In this document: piece after piece, positions 8,947-17,046 of the stretch
Layout of the letters: the number at the start of each line of letters is the position of its first letter
Position numbering within the stretch: position 1 is the stretch's first letter
Source of the DNA: a virus
Length of the DNA: 64,000 nucleotides
Virus record (IMG/VR): IMGVR_UViG_3300027920_000641
Reading direction: 5' to 3' (one strand)
The notes under the pieces: generated by a model
Told to the model about the DNA's origin: nothing
The model's input: the letters and a program-made list of their open reading frames with translations, nothing else
Database searches by the model: none
Translations under genes and position numbers: made by a program

Positions 8947-9263
8947 AATCTCCCATCTCCCAAGTCCTCCCAGATCTCCGCTAGTAAATCCATATCTGGG
9001 TACTCGGTACACTTGCAAACTACTTTGCCCGTCTGTTGTCTATATCCCCCGTATGGGTATCTGTTCTCTTGCCAGAATGGTACAATCTCGTGGTATTTCC
9101 CCGTATTTAGTACAATCAACCCTCCCCAATCTCCCGCACTACTCATGGTGTCCATGTACTCGACTCTTACAACCGCTTTATACTTTCCAAATATGTCCTT
9201 AGCATCGTACCAACCAAGCCCTCCCTGTTCCCATTTTCTGTCTAGTAGGTGTTTAATTGTCAT
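8943..9263 (-). CDS. hypothetical protein
   Basis: ORF track 106 aa. Confidence 0.5.
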   Translation of the reverse strand: MTIKHLLDRKWEQGGLGWYDAKDIFGKYKAVVRVEYMDTMSSAGDWGGLIVLNTGKYHEIVPFWQENRYPYGGYRQQTGKVVCKCTEYPDMDLLAEIWEDLGDGRL

Positions 9264-9337
9264 AGTCCTCCCGTGCTACTTGATACTATTCGTTCCAATT
9301 TCCAATAACTTTATTTACAGCTCCCATATATTCCCCC

Positions 9338-9514
9338 TTATGCTACTAAGCTTTTTACAATTTCAATTGCGTCTGCATCTTGTTCTAACCATTGTTGGAG
9401 TAGCAATAGCATTTCAAACTTGGCTAGCTTCTTCACTTGTGCTTGTGCATCGCTCCAGTTCCCGTTGACATAGTTATCTATGATTGCTTGCCATTTTTCA
9501 TATCTTGTTGGCAT
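9338..9514 (-). CDS. hypothetical small protein (58 aa)
   Basis: Internal ATG (MPTRYEKW) of the track ORF, preceded by GGGGGAATT-ATG. Confidence 0.45.
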   Translation of the reverse strand: MPTRYEKWQAIIDNYVNGNWSDAQAQVKKLAKFEMLLLLQQWLEQDADAIEIVKSLVA

Positions 9515-9524
9515 AATTCCCCCT

Positions 9525-9701
9525 TTATATTTCAAAATACGTATATCCTAAAAGACCATTTTCTACTTTTTTAAAGTGTTTTTTTAACTCGACAATATAT
9601 TCTTGACTTAATCCTCCTGTACAGATACTTATATTATTTCCACCCGCTCTTTTAATTGAGTTCTTAACATACCTGACTGTTTTTTTAATTCCTAGCTTCA
9701 T
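9525..9701 (-). CDS. hypothetical small basic protein (58 aa)
   Basis: Self-translated MKLGIKKTVRYVKNSIKRAGG...; G8 run upstream of ATG; coordinates approximate. Confidence 0.3.
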   Translation of the reverse strand: MKLGIKKTVRYVKNSIKRAGGNNISICTGGLSQEYIVELKKHFKKVENGLLGYTYFEI

Positions 9702-9713
9702 GCCCCCCCCTTA

Positions 9714-9926
9714 TTACACAATACAATTGTCTGCTACTTTGGTCTTGTTGATTGCTCCCCCTTTGTTTAACCAACCATCTGAGATTAGAGCCTGAGCAGT
9801 TCTCCCGTAACTACCTTGGAGTTCCCAAGCACGTCCACTTTTTACTAAGAATGAAAAAAGCTTGAGTGTCTGGAGGTCTGATAGTTCCCCCGCTTCATAT
9901 GCTATTATTTGATCTAGTAGTGTCAT
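9714..9926 (-). CDS. hypothetical protein (70 aa)
   Basis: Internal start MTLLDQ of the track ORF, preceded by GGGGGGCAAGTT-ATG; the longer form would overlap the upstream gene. Confidence 0.45.
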   Translation of the reverse strand: MTLLDQIIAYEAGELSDLQTLKLFSFLVKSGRAWELQGSYGRTAQALISDGWLNKGGAINKTKVADNCIV

Positions 9927-9951
9927 AACTTGCCCCCCTTTATTACTTATT

Positions 9952-9980
9952 ATTATAACATACCGTGTGCTATATGTCAA
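9952..9980 (-). promoter_or_regulatory. consensus sigma70 promoter (TTGACA-17-TATAAT)
   Basis: Reverse complement TTGACAtatagcacacggtatgtTATAAT. Confidence 0.65.
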
Positions 9981-9987
9981 GTCCAAT

Positions 9988-10638
9988 TTAGCCCGCAAAC
10001 CTGTATTGGAGTGGTACACCTGATTTGATGTATTTCTTAGCTTGTTCCAGATGCTTTTTGTGTTTCTCCTCGATGTCATAATCGACCACCGACTGTGCTT
10101 CTTTTAGGGTATCGTCATACCCGTAATACCCCCAACACGAGTCGACACTTTTCCCCTCTGGATCATTTACCATGTAACCATATACATCGCCACTGATATA
10201 TTGATCGAACGTCTTGACCTCGTTCTCGGCTATTCTCTTAGCATCTGCAATCAGTTTCTTTGTTACCCTCTTGGTGTTCCAATTCTTGCGTATGTCCTCT
10301 TTGGTAACTACAATCCAACCCACTTGCCCACTATCCCATCGATCCGAAAACGGGTAACATCTCATCGTGATCCCGCTATGTTCATAGACAAAAAGTGGTA
10401 AAATAACTGCAATCTCCCCAACCGTCTCAGTGATCCAACCCACGAATGAGTCGTAATCGTCGACATACATGGTGTCCCCGTGTTTATCGCTGTAATAACT
10501 CTCTGGTATGATCGTATCGCCAAGTGTCCAGTTTCTTGACCTGTAATACATTGTTGCCAAGTTATCCCAGTCTCTCGGCGTCATATCGCTAGTATCTTGT
10601 TTAATCTCTATGGTATAACCTCTGTATTCTTCTTGCAT
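9988..10638 (-). CDS. hypothetical protein
   Basis: ORF track 216 aa; GGGGGGAATT-ATG. Confidence 0.55.
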   Translation of the reverse strand: MQEEYRGYTIEIKQDTSDMTPRDWDNLATMYYRSRNWTLGDTIIPESYYSDKHGDTMYVDDYDSFVGWITETVGEIAVILPLFVYEHSGITMRCYPFSDRWDSGQVGWIVVTKEDIRKNWNTKRVTKKLIADAKRIAENEVKTFDQYISGDVYGYMVNDPEGKSVDSCWGYYGYDDTLKEAQSVVDYDIEEKHKKHLEQAKKYIKSGVPLQYRFAG

Positions 10639-10647
10639 AATTCCCCC

Positions 10648-10998
10648 CTATTTAATTTTTACTTGTGAAGACTCAATATACTCAATTTCTTTGATTGCAT
10701 CTTGTAAAGCGTCCTCTTTGTTTGCCCTAGCTATATTTAGTGTGTTTTGCCACAAAAAACTCCCCTTACTATCCGTGCATCTAACTATTGCTTGATACAC
10801 TGGTTTACCTATTCCAATTGCTCTGGTGTGTGGTGTTAGCATGTCCCCCCCCTGCTTGGTGCAGTACTCTACCGCATCAACTATGTTACTAAAATACTTT
10901 GGTATTACTAAATCCAGCCCGTACACGGCGTAAAACTTTTCTGTTCCCTCTACCCCCATGAACAGCTTATAATCTTTGATGAAGTCAATTAGTATCAT
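10648..10998 (-). CDS. hypothetical protein
   Basis: ORF track 116 aa; preceded by the conserved leader element ggtagcaagtag..agggggacatc-ATG. Confidence 0.5.
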   Translation of the reverse strand: MILIDFIKDYKLFMGVEGTEKFYAVYGLDLVIPKYFSNIVDAVEYCTKQGGDMLTPHTRAIGIGKPVYQAIVRCTDSKGSFLWQNTLNIARANKEDALQDAIKEIEYIESSQVKIK

Positions 10999-11014
10999 GA
11001 TGTCCCCCTCTTTA

Positions 11015-11066
11015 CTACTTGCTACCGTGAGCGGGTCATTACAACCCGCCCCCGCTAGTAACTAGC
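11015..11066 (-). promoter_or_regulatory. conserved double-hairpin leader element, copy 1
   Basis: The palindrome gctagtaactagc plus the hairpin gcgggt-N7-acccgc plus a conserved ctacttgctacc leader; a near-identical copy lies at 12709-12758. Confidence 0.45.
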
Positions 11067-11613
11067 CTATTTGGTAGTGTCTAACCGTGAACGGGTTATA
11101 TCCCTCAACCTTGGTACTATTCAGCTTTTCAACATCTAGATTGACTTGATCGAACGTGTTGACGTCTGGATTTTTGATCCCCGCAACTGCTAGCTTAATT
11201 GTCTCATCAAGTATCGGCAAAACTTCATCTGGTTTCGCCCCGCAATAGGTGCAAATTGCCGTTGCTTCAATTCTCATGAATTGATATAACCTACTGTATA
11301 AATACTTGCGTTGCTCGGTTGTGAATAATTCCCAGTTATCGGATATCCAACTACACAACCCGCCCAAGTCCTCGACCTTGTAAAAACTCCTGACTTTAAA
11401 CTTGCAGAACCCATCGGTTTGATCGAGTAACATAATGTCGTGATATGTTCCCGCGTGTGGTTTATTTAATTTCCCCGTTTTTGGATTGATCGATTGAGTA
11501 ACCCCGCGAAAACCCTTGTTGGCTTTAAACTCGACCCAGAAAAACATACTAGTTCGTAATCGCCCGTATGGGTAGTCAGTTACCTCTACTTTTTTTGTAC
11601 TATGCTGTAGCAT
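11062..11613 (-). CDS. hypothetical protein
   Basis: ORF track 183 aa; GGGGGAAATT-ATG. Confidence 0.55.
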   Translation of the reverse strand: MLQHSTKKVEVTDYPYGRLRTSMFFWVEFKANKGFRGVTQSINPKTGKLNKPHAGTYHDIMLLDQTDGFCKFKVRSFYKVEDLGGLCSWISDNWELFTTEQRKYLYSRLYQFMRIEATAICTYCGAKPDEVLPILDETIKLAVAGIKNPDVNTFDQVNLDVEKLNSTKVEGYNPFTVRHYQIG

Positions 11614-11660
11614 AATTTCCCCCTTGCTATTTTATTACTATTCTTGACTAATTATCTCTA

Positions 11661-11689
11661 ATTCTAGCATACCGAGTGTTATAAGTCAA
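11661..11689 (-). promoter_or_regulatory. sigma70-type promoter (TTGACT-17-TAGAAT)
   Basis: Reverse complement TTGACTtataacactcggtatgcTAGAAT, the same family as 7813/8729/9952. Confidence 0.5.
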
Positions 11690-11708
11690 TAGGTATTTCT
11701 ATATCAAA

Positions 11709-12191
11709 CTATCTCATTTCAAAAATGATTTCTACATCACACAACCCACCGCAACCCAAATTGTCCCGCGTTTTTCTTGACAAATCCGCCACCCTACCAT
11801 GGCGTGCAAATCCGCCTGTATCAGTTACTATCGCCGTCGTGGTTGCCCCCGTTTCCGTGTTTTTGATAGTAACCTGCTTGTTGAGTAGCTTGTACTTGCG
11901 TACCGTCTCGGGTACAAGTGCAATTGTAGCCTTGTTGTCATCTAGTTTTTCCCCGTTCGCCATGATCAACCCATCATTGCAACCCAAACAGCCACCAGTC
12001 CAGTAGTAGGACGCTTGACCCCTGACAGTCAATGGTGCAATGGTAGGCGTCGGCGTAGGTGTAGCCGTTGGCGTTGGCGTAACCTCTACGGTCTCAGCTT
12101 GTGCCACTTGTGCCATTGGTTCGCGTTCCCGTGCAACCTGCAGACCACCAAGGCACAACCCCACCCCAACCAGTACAATTTCTATTTTCAT
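11709..12191 (-). CDS. secreted 3D-domain (MltA/YabE/Rpf-type) protein with TPTP linker
   Basis: Signal peptide MKIEIVLVGVGLCLGGLQVA, (TP)n linker, C-terminal KATIALVPETV...TDTGGFARHGRVADLS matching the 3D-domain pattern. Confidence 0.5.
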   Translation of the reverse strand: MKIEIVLVGVGLCLGGLQVAREREPMAQVAQAETVEVTPTPTATPTPTPTIAPLTVRGQASYYWTGGCLGCNDGLIMANGEKLDDNKATIALVPETVRKYKLLNKQVTIKNTETGATTTAIVTDTGGFARHGRVADLSRKTRDNLGCGGLCDVEIIFEMR

Positions 12192-12265
12192 ACATTCTTT
12201 GCTACTTGCTCGAGTAGTTTTGTGGCTTTTTTAACTTGCATAAGTTCCCCCCTTTATACTTGATA

Positions 12266-12466
12266 CTAGATTGATACATTTAACCCAAACCGCCCCGCCG
12301 TTACTATCTGGACGCCGTCATACCCGTTATCGCTTGCGTACTGTTTCCAGTCTGCTAGCGTCCCGACAGGTGCAAACCCGCCCGCCCCCGCCAATTGATA
12401 CTCTCGATCAACTTCTGGCGTACTATCTTTGCTATAGCTTGCCCGCTTGATGTATAGCGTGGTCAT
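12266..12466 (-). CDS. hypothetical protein (66 aa)
   Basis: Internal start MTTLYIK of the track ORF, preceded by GGGGGAATT-ATG. Confidence 0.4.
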   Translation of the reverse strand: MTTLYIKRASYSKDSTPEVDREYQLAGAGGFAPVGTLADWKQYASDNGYDGVQIVTAGRFGLNVSI

Positions 12467-12498
12467 AATTCCCCCTTGATACTTTATACTATAGGTCG

Positions 12499-12693
12499 TT
12501 ACTTGCCTACTAGATCCCAATTATGAGTTACACCCAGAGATTGCCAATATGCGATACTCTCACACTCGTATATCTGTTTCTTGAGCGTGCATATATCGCG
12601 GTTATTCGCCAACCACGTATTACGTTGATTGATTGGATCAAACCCGCCAAGCTTGCATAGTTCTGCAACCGTTAGCCGTGTATAGTGTCTCAT
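12499..12693 (-). CDS. hypothetical protein
   Basis: ORF track 64 aa; preceded by the conserved leader element copy 2. Confidence 0.45.
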   Translation of the reverse strand: MRHYTRLTVAELCKLGGFDPINQRNTWLANNRDICTLKKQIYECESIAYWQSLGVTHNWDLVGK

Positions 12694-12708
12694 GATGTCC
12701 CCCTTCTG

Positions 12709-12758
12709 CTACTTGCTACCATAAGCGGGTACGGATACCCGCCTAGCTAGTAACTAGC
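12709..12758 (-). promoter_or_regulatory. conserved double-hairpin leader element, copy 2
   Basis: ctacttgctacc + gcgggta-cgga-tacccgc hairpin + gctagtaactagc palindrome. Confidence 0.45.
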
Positions 12759-13119
12759 GTTCTATAAAGTGCATTTTACCGTCTACTTCGAGCGTAATAG
12801 CTTCTTGTCCCCACTCTCGAGCCTTTGCAAGTGTGAAGTTCAATACATTCTCGGCGTGCTTCTCTAGATCCTCGGTGGTCATGTTAACCGTAACTTTGAT
12901 GATGTTTTCAGTTACAATATCCCCCGCGTTACTCTTGTAATATCCCAAGCTTCTCTGGCTTGAGTTCGCCCCGCCTACTAAACCCGTGAAAAATAATGAT
13001 ACCTCGGACGCTCTAGCGTTGTGCTGGTCTCTGGTTATCTTGGTTCGTACCTCTTGTGTGCTAGGCACTTGAAAAGTGATACTGTGATCTAGTGTGAACA
13101 TGTTGTCAAATACTGTCAT
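12754..13119 (-). CDS. hypothetical protein
   Basis: ORF track 121 aa. Confidence 0.5.
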   Translation of the reverse strand: MTVFDNMFTLDHSITFQVPSTQEVRTKITRDQHNARASEVSLFFTGLVGGANSSQRSLGYYKSNAGDIVTENIIKVTVNMTTEDLEKHAENVLNFTLAKAREWGQEAITLEVDGKMHFIER

Positions 13120-13129
13120 ATAGTCCTCT

Positions 13130-13321
13130 CTATTGGTTTATACTTTGATACAGTTCTATATCGATCTTCTCTAGTTCCCCGAGTACCTCTGGAGAAAAAC
13201 TGTCAATCTCTTCTCTGGCTTGATCTGGATCGAAGAAAAACTCGGTTGTCTCCTCGAGTCTCTCGACTTCAGCCCGTAGGTTTTCAGATCTGGTGTGATC
13301 TGGTCGGTTGTGTTCTGTCAT
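13130..13321 (-). CDS. hypothetical acidic protein
   Basis: Track ORF 13130..13369; likely start at the internal MTEHNRP, preceded by GGGGGGACAGC-ATG. Confidence 0.45.
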   Translation of the reverse strand: MTEHNRPDHTRSENLRAEVERLEETTEFFFDPDQAREEIDSFSPEVLGELEKIDIELYQSINQ

Positions 13322-13432
13322 GCTGTCCCCCCTCTTGTAATTATTACGTAAGCCGTTGTAGTGGCTCATTTTAGGCTTTTTACTTGTTTGATATCTTATA
13401 CTGCTAGTTTTAAATTGTAAGCCGTTCTGGTG

Positions 13433-13486
13433 CTATCTAGTAGCTATCTAGTACTTGTCTAGTGTTATCTAGTACTTTGCTAGTGG
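13433..13486. repeat. iteron-like array: 5 direct repeats YTRTCTAGTRS at 10-11-bp phasing
   Basis: ctatctagtag / ctatctagtac / ttgtctagtg / ttatctagtac / tttgctagtgg in tandem; a further ctgctagtt copy at about 13401. Confidence 0.6.
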
Positions 13487-13770
13487 CTTAGATGTACACC
13501 AGTTCCCGCCTATCTGGGTTGTCTGGGTTTTTTTGTGAATGTGCGTGTCTGCTGTCTATTATGGGGATAACAAGCAGATTGTAAACTAGATCTTACTGTA
13601 TCAAACTGTATCATTTGTAGTCAGTTTTCAATTACTTATGCTATTCAGTCGTGCAATTGATAATTATTAAGCCGTTATAGATACGCACTCGAGGTGGATT
13701 GGATCGTATAAGATATATTATGCGACGTAGTGTGCATAGTACTACATACGCGACATGGGTATATATTACT

Positions 13771-13964
13771 TGCGTGCGTGCGTGCATGCCCCTGCTACAG
13801 GGGGGAGGGGGGGTACTACCTCGAGCGTCCAGAGGAAACTATATCTATCTATATCAGAATATATCACCCCCCGCACAGGGGGAAGGGGGTAAAGCCCAAG
13901 CTTATTGTATAAGTCCTGGACGGGATATGTGTCACATCTGGATATGGGGGGGCACCCCCCCATG
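13771..13964. promoter_or_regulatory. GC-rich structured island: (TGCG)3 tract plus three C-run/G-run hairpins with flanking G-runs
   Basis: tgcgtgcgtgcgtgc; CCCCTGctaCAGGGGGgaGGGGGGG; CCCCCCgcacaGGGGGaaGGGGG; GGGGGGGcaCCCCCCC; predicted ORFs in this region are probably spurious. Confidence 0.55.
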
Positions 13965-14014
13965 GTACAAAAAGCCTAAATATTATTGAACTCAAAAAAT
14001 TTTTTGAAAAATTT

Positions 14015-15016
14015 CTACAATTTCAGGTCAGAACCATCATAGGGCCTGTTGCAGTTGCACTCGGCGCAAATGTATCTGAGGTTAGATTGAGCATGTGCTC
14101 CTCCCGCTGCAAGGGGAAGAATATGATCGAGGTGTTTTCCATCTGGGTAATGAGAGTTATCAGCCATTAGTTTTCCACAAACTGGACAGTTAATGGTGTT
14201 TTGTTTTAAATCAATTAACCATTGTGAACTAACTCTCTCTACACCATTCTTTCTCTTTAGAGCTCTTCTCTTACCCTCTTTATTTCTTGAATCAGCACTT
14301 CCCTCTGGGGAGGAATAATAACACTTCTTGCAATATCCATGCCCTTTGTGTGGATATCTTTGGCTGTGACAATTACGACAGTTTTGATAAGACTCACTCC
14401 ACCTTCTAAGCACACATTCATGGGAACAATAGTGAGTTCTTTTTGATGGACATACCAAATAATTTGTTCCGCATGTCCAACAAGTTCTGCTTTCTTTAAT
14501 TGTATTAGCAAGTTTAAATTTTTTAGCGTAAAAAAGACCAACACATCTTCTAGAACAAAACCTACCTTCACCATCGCGAGGATTCTTTTCTTTAAAAAAT
14601 TGTGTTCCGCATACTTCGCAGTGACCTATCTCTCGTTTTTTGTGACACATCTTACACAGACCATTGCCAACATGTTTTCTTTTAGTAGTTCCGCACCTAA
14701 CGCATTGAGGGTATTCCCTAGACCAGGTAAGAAGTTTTTTGTAGGTATAGGGAGAAGATGGACTTTTCCGCAAAGCATGATAGTTTTTCATTTGACAGGA
14801 ACGCGAACAATATTTCCCCGCCCCATTACGTCGCTGAGAAGGACAGTTAACATACGCGATGGGAACATACTCCTTTTTGCAAAACTGGCAGATTCTAGAA
14901 AGAACTGGCTTTATTCTACTTTTACTAGAACAACTGCGAGAACAATAGAGTCCTTTAGATGACCCTTTGGGTAGAAATAGCTCGTGACAGAATAAACACT
15001 CGGCAGGCTGGCGCAC
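14015..15016 (-). CDS. Cys-rich multi-zinc-ribbon HNH endonuclease
   Basis: At least 6 CxxC...(F/Y)CSRxC ribbons followed by the C-terminal HLDHILPLAAGGAHAQSNLRYICAECNCNR HNH motif. Confidence 0.7.
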   Translation of the reverse strand: MRQPAECLFCHELFLPKGSSKGLYCSRSCSSKSRIKPVLSRICQFCKKEYVPIAYVNCPSQRRNGAGKYCSRSCQMKNYHALRKSPSSPYTYKKLLTWSREYPQCVRCGTTKRKHVGNGLCKMCHKKREIGHCEVCGTQFFKEKNPRDGEGRFCSRRCVGLFYAKKFKLANTIKESRTCWTCGTNYLVCPSKRTHYCSHECVLRRWSESYQNCRNCHSQRYPHKGHGYCKKCYYSSPEGSADSRNKEGKRRALKRKNGVERVSSQWLIDLKQNTINCPVCGKLMADNSHYPDGKHLDHILPLAAGGAHAQSNLRYICAECNCNRPYDGSDLKL

Positions 15017-15050
15017 TTGGTCAGTATAACAGAATATTCCATGTCTATCA

Positions 15051-15079
15051 TTGACATTTGCGACATTGTCTGTTATAAT
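15051..15079 (+). promoter_or_regulatory. consensus sigma70 promoter (TTGACA-17-TATAAT)
   Basis: TTGACAtttgcgacattgtctgtTATAAT; the predicted TSS coincides with the ATG at 15087 (leaderless). Confidence 0.6.
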
Positions 15080-15086
15080 TACTGGT

Positions 15087-15524
15087 ATGATTAAAATATT
15101 TCCTCAAGTAGAACAGAAAATAGTAACTCTATATGTTAAAAAGAAGCTTTCTTGTAGAGAAATTAAGGAAGAACTTGGTTTAAACATCTCTGTTCGCCAG
15201 ATACAGAGGCGTTTGGGGAAACTAGGAGTGATTCGCAAGCCTGGAGAGGCATTTGCACTAGCTGTTGCCCAGGGAAAAGTGACTTATTACCGCAAGCCGA
15301 AGTCTTTAAATGCCCCAAAAACGGTTCTTTCTACTCTACAGCGGCACAGAGTACTTAGTAGAGATGAATTCAGGTGTCAAGACTGTGGAAATAAGGTTGA
15401 AGATGGTATTCGACTAGAAGTTGTTTTTAAAAATGGGAATATATTGGATAAGCGAGATGAGAATCTTCATTCTTTGTGTAATTTGTGTAGACTTGGTAGA
15501 CAACGGAGTGAAACTGCCTATTGA
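15087..15524 (+). CDS. HTH-domain protein with degenerate HNH-like zinc finger
   Basis: LSCREIKEELGLNISVRQIQRRL HTH; C-terminal CQDCGN...LHSLCNLCR; track ORF trimmed to the first ATG downstream of the promoter. Confidence 0.45.
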   Translation: MIKIFPQVEQKIVTLYVKKKLSCREIKEELGLNISVRQIQRRLGKLGVIRKPGEAFALAVAQGKVTYYRKPKSLNAPKTVLSTLQRHRVLSRDEFRCQDCGNKVEDGIRLEVVFKNGNILDKRDENLHSLCNLCRLGRQRSETAY

Positions 15525-15662
15525 CTTTTGGCTTTTAGCTAGTTACGCTCTGTACGACGTCGCAACGCGAGTGTTCGCGTCGCTAGTACGAGCGTAAAAG
15601 TTCGAAAAAAAGGGAAAAGCACCATATTTATCTTTAGGATTACTAAGGATTTTAACGAAAGG

Positions 15663-15851
15663 GTGAATATGATTGGGATTTTGATAACTATAGTTATCTT
15701 TTTGGTAATTTTTTATATTGCTAAGTTGATTATTGCCAGTCTCGGCTTGCCTGCGAATATTGTGCAAATTATCTACCTGGTAATGGGCCTACTAGCACTG
15801 CTCTACTTGCTAAGCCTGTTTGGTTTGTTCTCATTTCCTGGAGTAAGGTAG
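15663..15851 (+). CDS. small membrane protein (2 TM)
   Basis: ORF track 62 aa, almost entirely hydrophobic. Confidence 0.45.
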   Translation: MNMIGILITIVIFLVIFYIAKLIIASLGLPANIVQIIYLVMGLLALLYLLSLFGLFSFPGVR

Positions 15852-16231
15852 AGACTGCTGACCTTAAGAATGGTCTTGACAAATCTTCGTTACTTGAGTA
15901 ATATATAGGTGTCTTAGTTCTATTTGGTTTACAAGAAAACACTCAAACTCTGGGTGTTTTTTTGTTACTAAGCGCTTATTCTGAGTATTGACTTCATGTA
16001 GTAAAGATGATATACTGTTGTCATCAAAAGCACAGTTAATAAATTGAGTATTTACTCGTGTTCTTGTCGCAAGCCACCTTGCTAGTGGTCTATGTCAAAA
16101 CAGAGTTGCCTCGAGTGAGAACCAAAGGAGGACAAGAGTGGTGAATAATCTCACGAACTGCAGTTTGCTACCATATAGACTGATCTATCTAGTCATGGTG
16201 GCACGAGTAAGTACTTAATAAGAAAGGGAAT

Positions 16232-16648
16232 ATGAAGCCAGAAGAAGTTACACAATACATGAATGCTCTAAATCAGGGAATTGCTGATCTAGCAACCAAA
16301 CTGCAACAACCAGCAGAAAAAATATTCGAGTTGTTTCTAAGACAAAACTATGTCAAAGGAGTGGTGGGTATTTTCCAAATTATTGCAATTATCATAGGCA
16401 CAGTATTTCTTGTTAAGTTTTTTCAATGGGGAACTAAAAAAGATAAAGACTGTTGTGGTGGCAATAAGTTCTCAGATCCAGATTATTTTCCCCATATAAT
16501 GCTTTGTATAGGAATGGCTATTGTTATTTTGATTTCTTGGATTGCAGTTCTTTTTGGTGGATTTGAAGACGTCATATCTCGATTCATTAATCCAGACTAC
16601 ATGGTTATCAAAGATATTGTCTATTTAATACAACATAATACAAATTAA
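16232..16648 (+). CDS. membrane protein (2 TM)
   Basis: ORF track 138 aa with two long hydrophobic helices; AAGAAAGGGAAT-ATG. Confidence 0.5.
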   Translation: MKPEEVTQYMNALNQGIADLATKLQQPAEKIFELFLRQNYVKGVVGIFQIIAIIIGTVFLVKFFQWGTKKDKDCCGGNKFSDPDYFPHIMLCIGMAIVILISWIAVLFGGFEDVISRFINPDYMVIKDIVYLIQHNTN

Positions 16649-16658
16649 AAAGGAGCTT

Positions 16659-16886
16659 ATGCCAACAGATACATTTCGAAAAGCGTACACGGAGTTAACC
16701 GATTTACAGAAAGAAAACGTGGCTGTTATTAAGGAAGCCGCTGTTATCTTGGAGGAGGAATTCAACCATGCCGTTCCAACTGATGAAAGAAGTGAGCGAA
16801 GCCGCTGCATGGCCATTGCTAGAACTAATTTAGAACAAGCTATTATGTGGGCAATCAAGGGTGTTACTACTCCAAGTGAAAAATAA
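16659..16886 (+). CDS. hypothetical protein
   Basis: ORF track 75 aa; AAAGGAGCTT-ATG. Confidence 0.5.
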   Translation: MPTDTFRKAYTELTDLQKENVAVIKEAAVILEEEFNHAVPTDERSERSRCMAIARTNLEQAIMWAIKGVTTPSEK

Positions 16887-17046
16887 GCTCATTAAACTAC
16901 TAGGTGGGTATACTGAGGAAGAGGTAGAAAAAATGATCTTTTCCGCTCTTTGTAAATACAAGTTAATCAAAATGCTCAAGAAAAACAACGGAACTGATAA
17001 ATTACCAGACTACGATACTTTTACTGATGGAATGAGGGAGAGATGA
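16861..17046 (+). CDS. hypothetical small protein
   Basis: ORF track 61 aa; possible start at the internal Met (16933) after GAGGAAGAGG. Confidence 0.35.
   Translation: MLLLQVKNKLIKLLGGYTEEEVEKMIFSALCKYKLIKMLKKNNGTDKLPDYDTFTDGMRER

Noticed and set aside
12015-12263. Plus-strand ORFs opposite the 3D-domain gene (including a GVGV repeat ORF)
   Set aside because: They are shadow ORFs generated by the (ACN CCN)n TP-linker repeat of the minus-strand gene.
13699-13989. Three overlapping ORFs (60-96 aa) in the intergenic hub
   Set aside because: They are composed of G-run/C-run palindromes that translate to Gly/Pro strings, have no RBS, and overlap each other on both strands. They are better explained as structured DNA/RNA.
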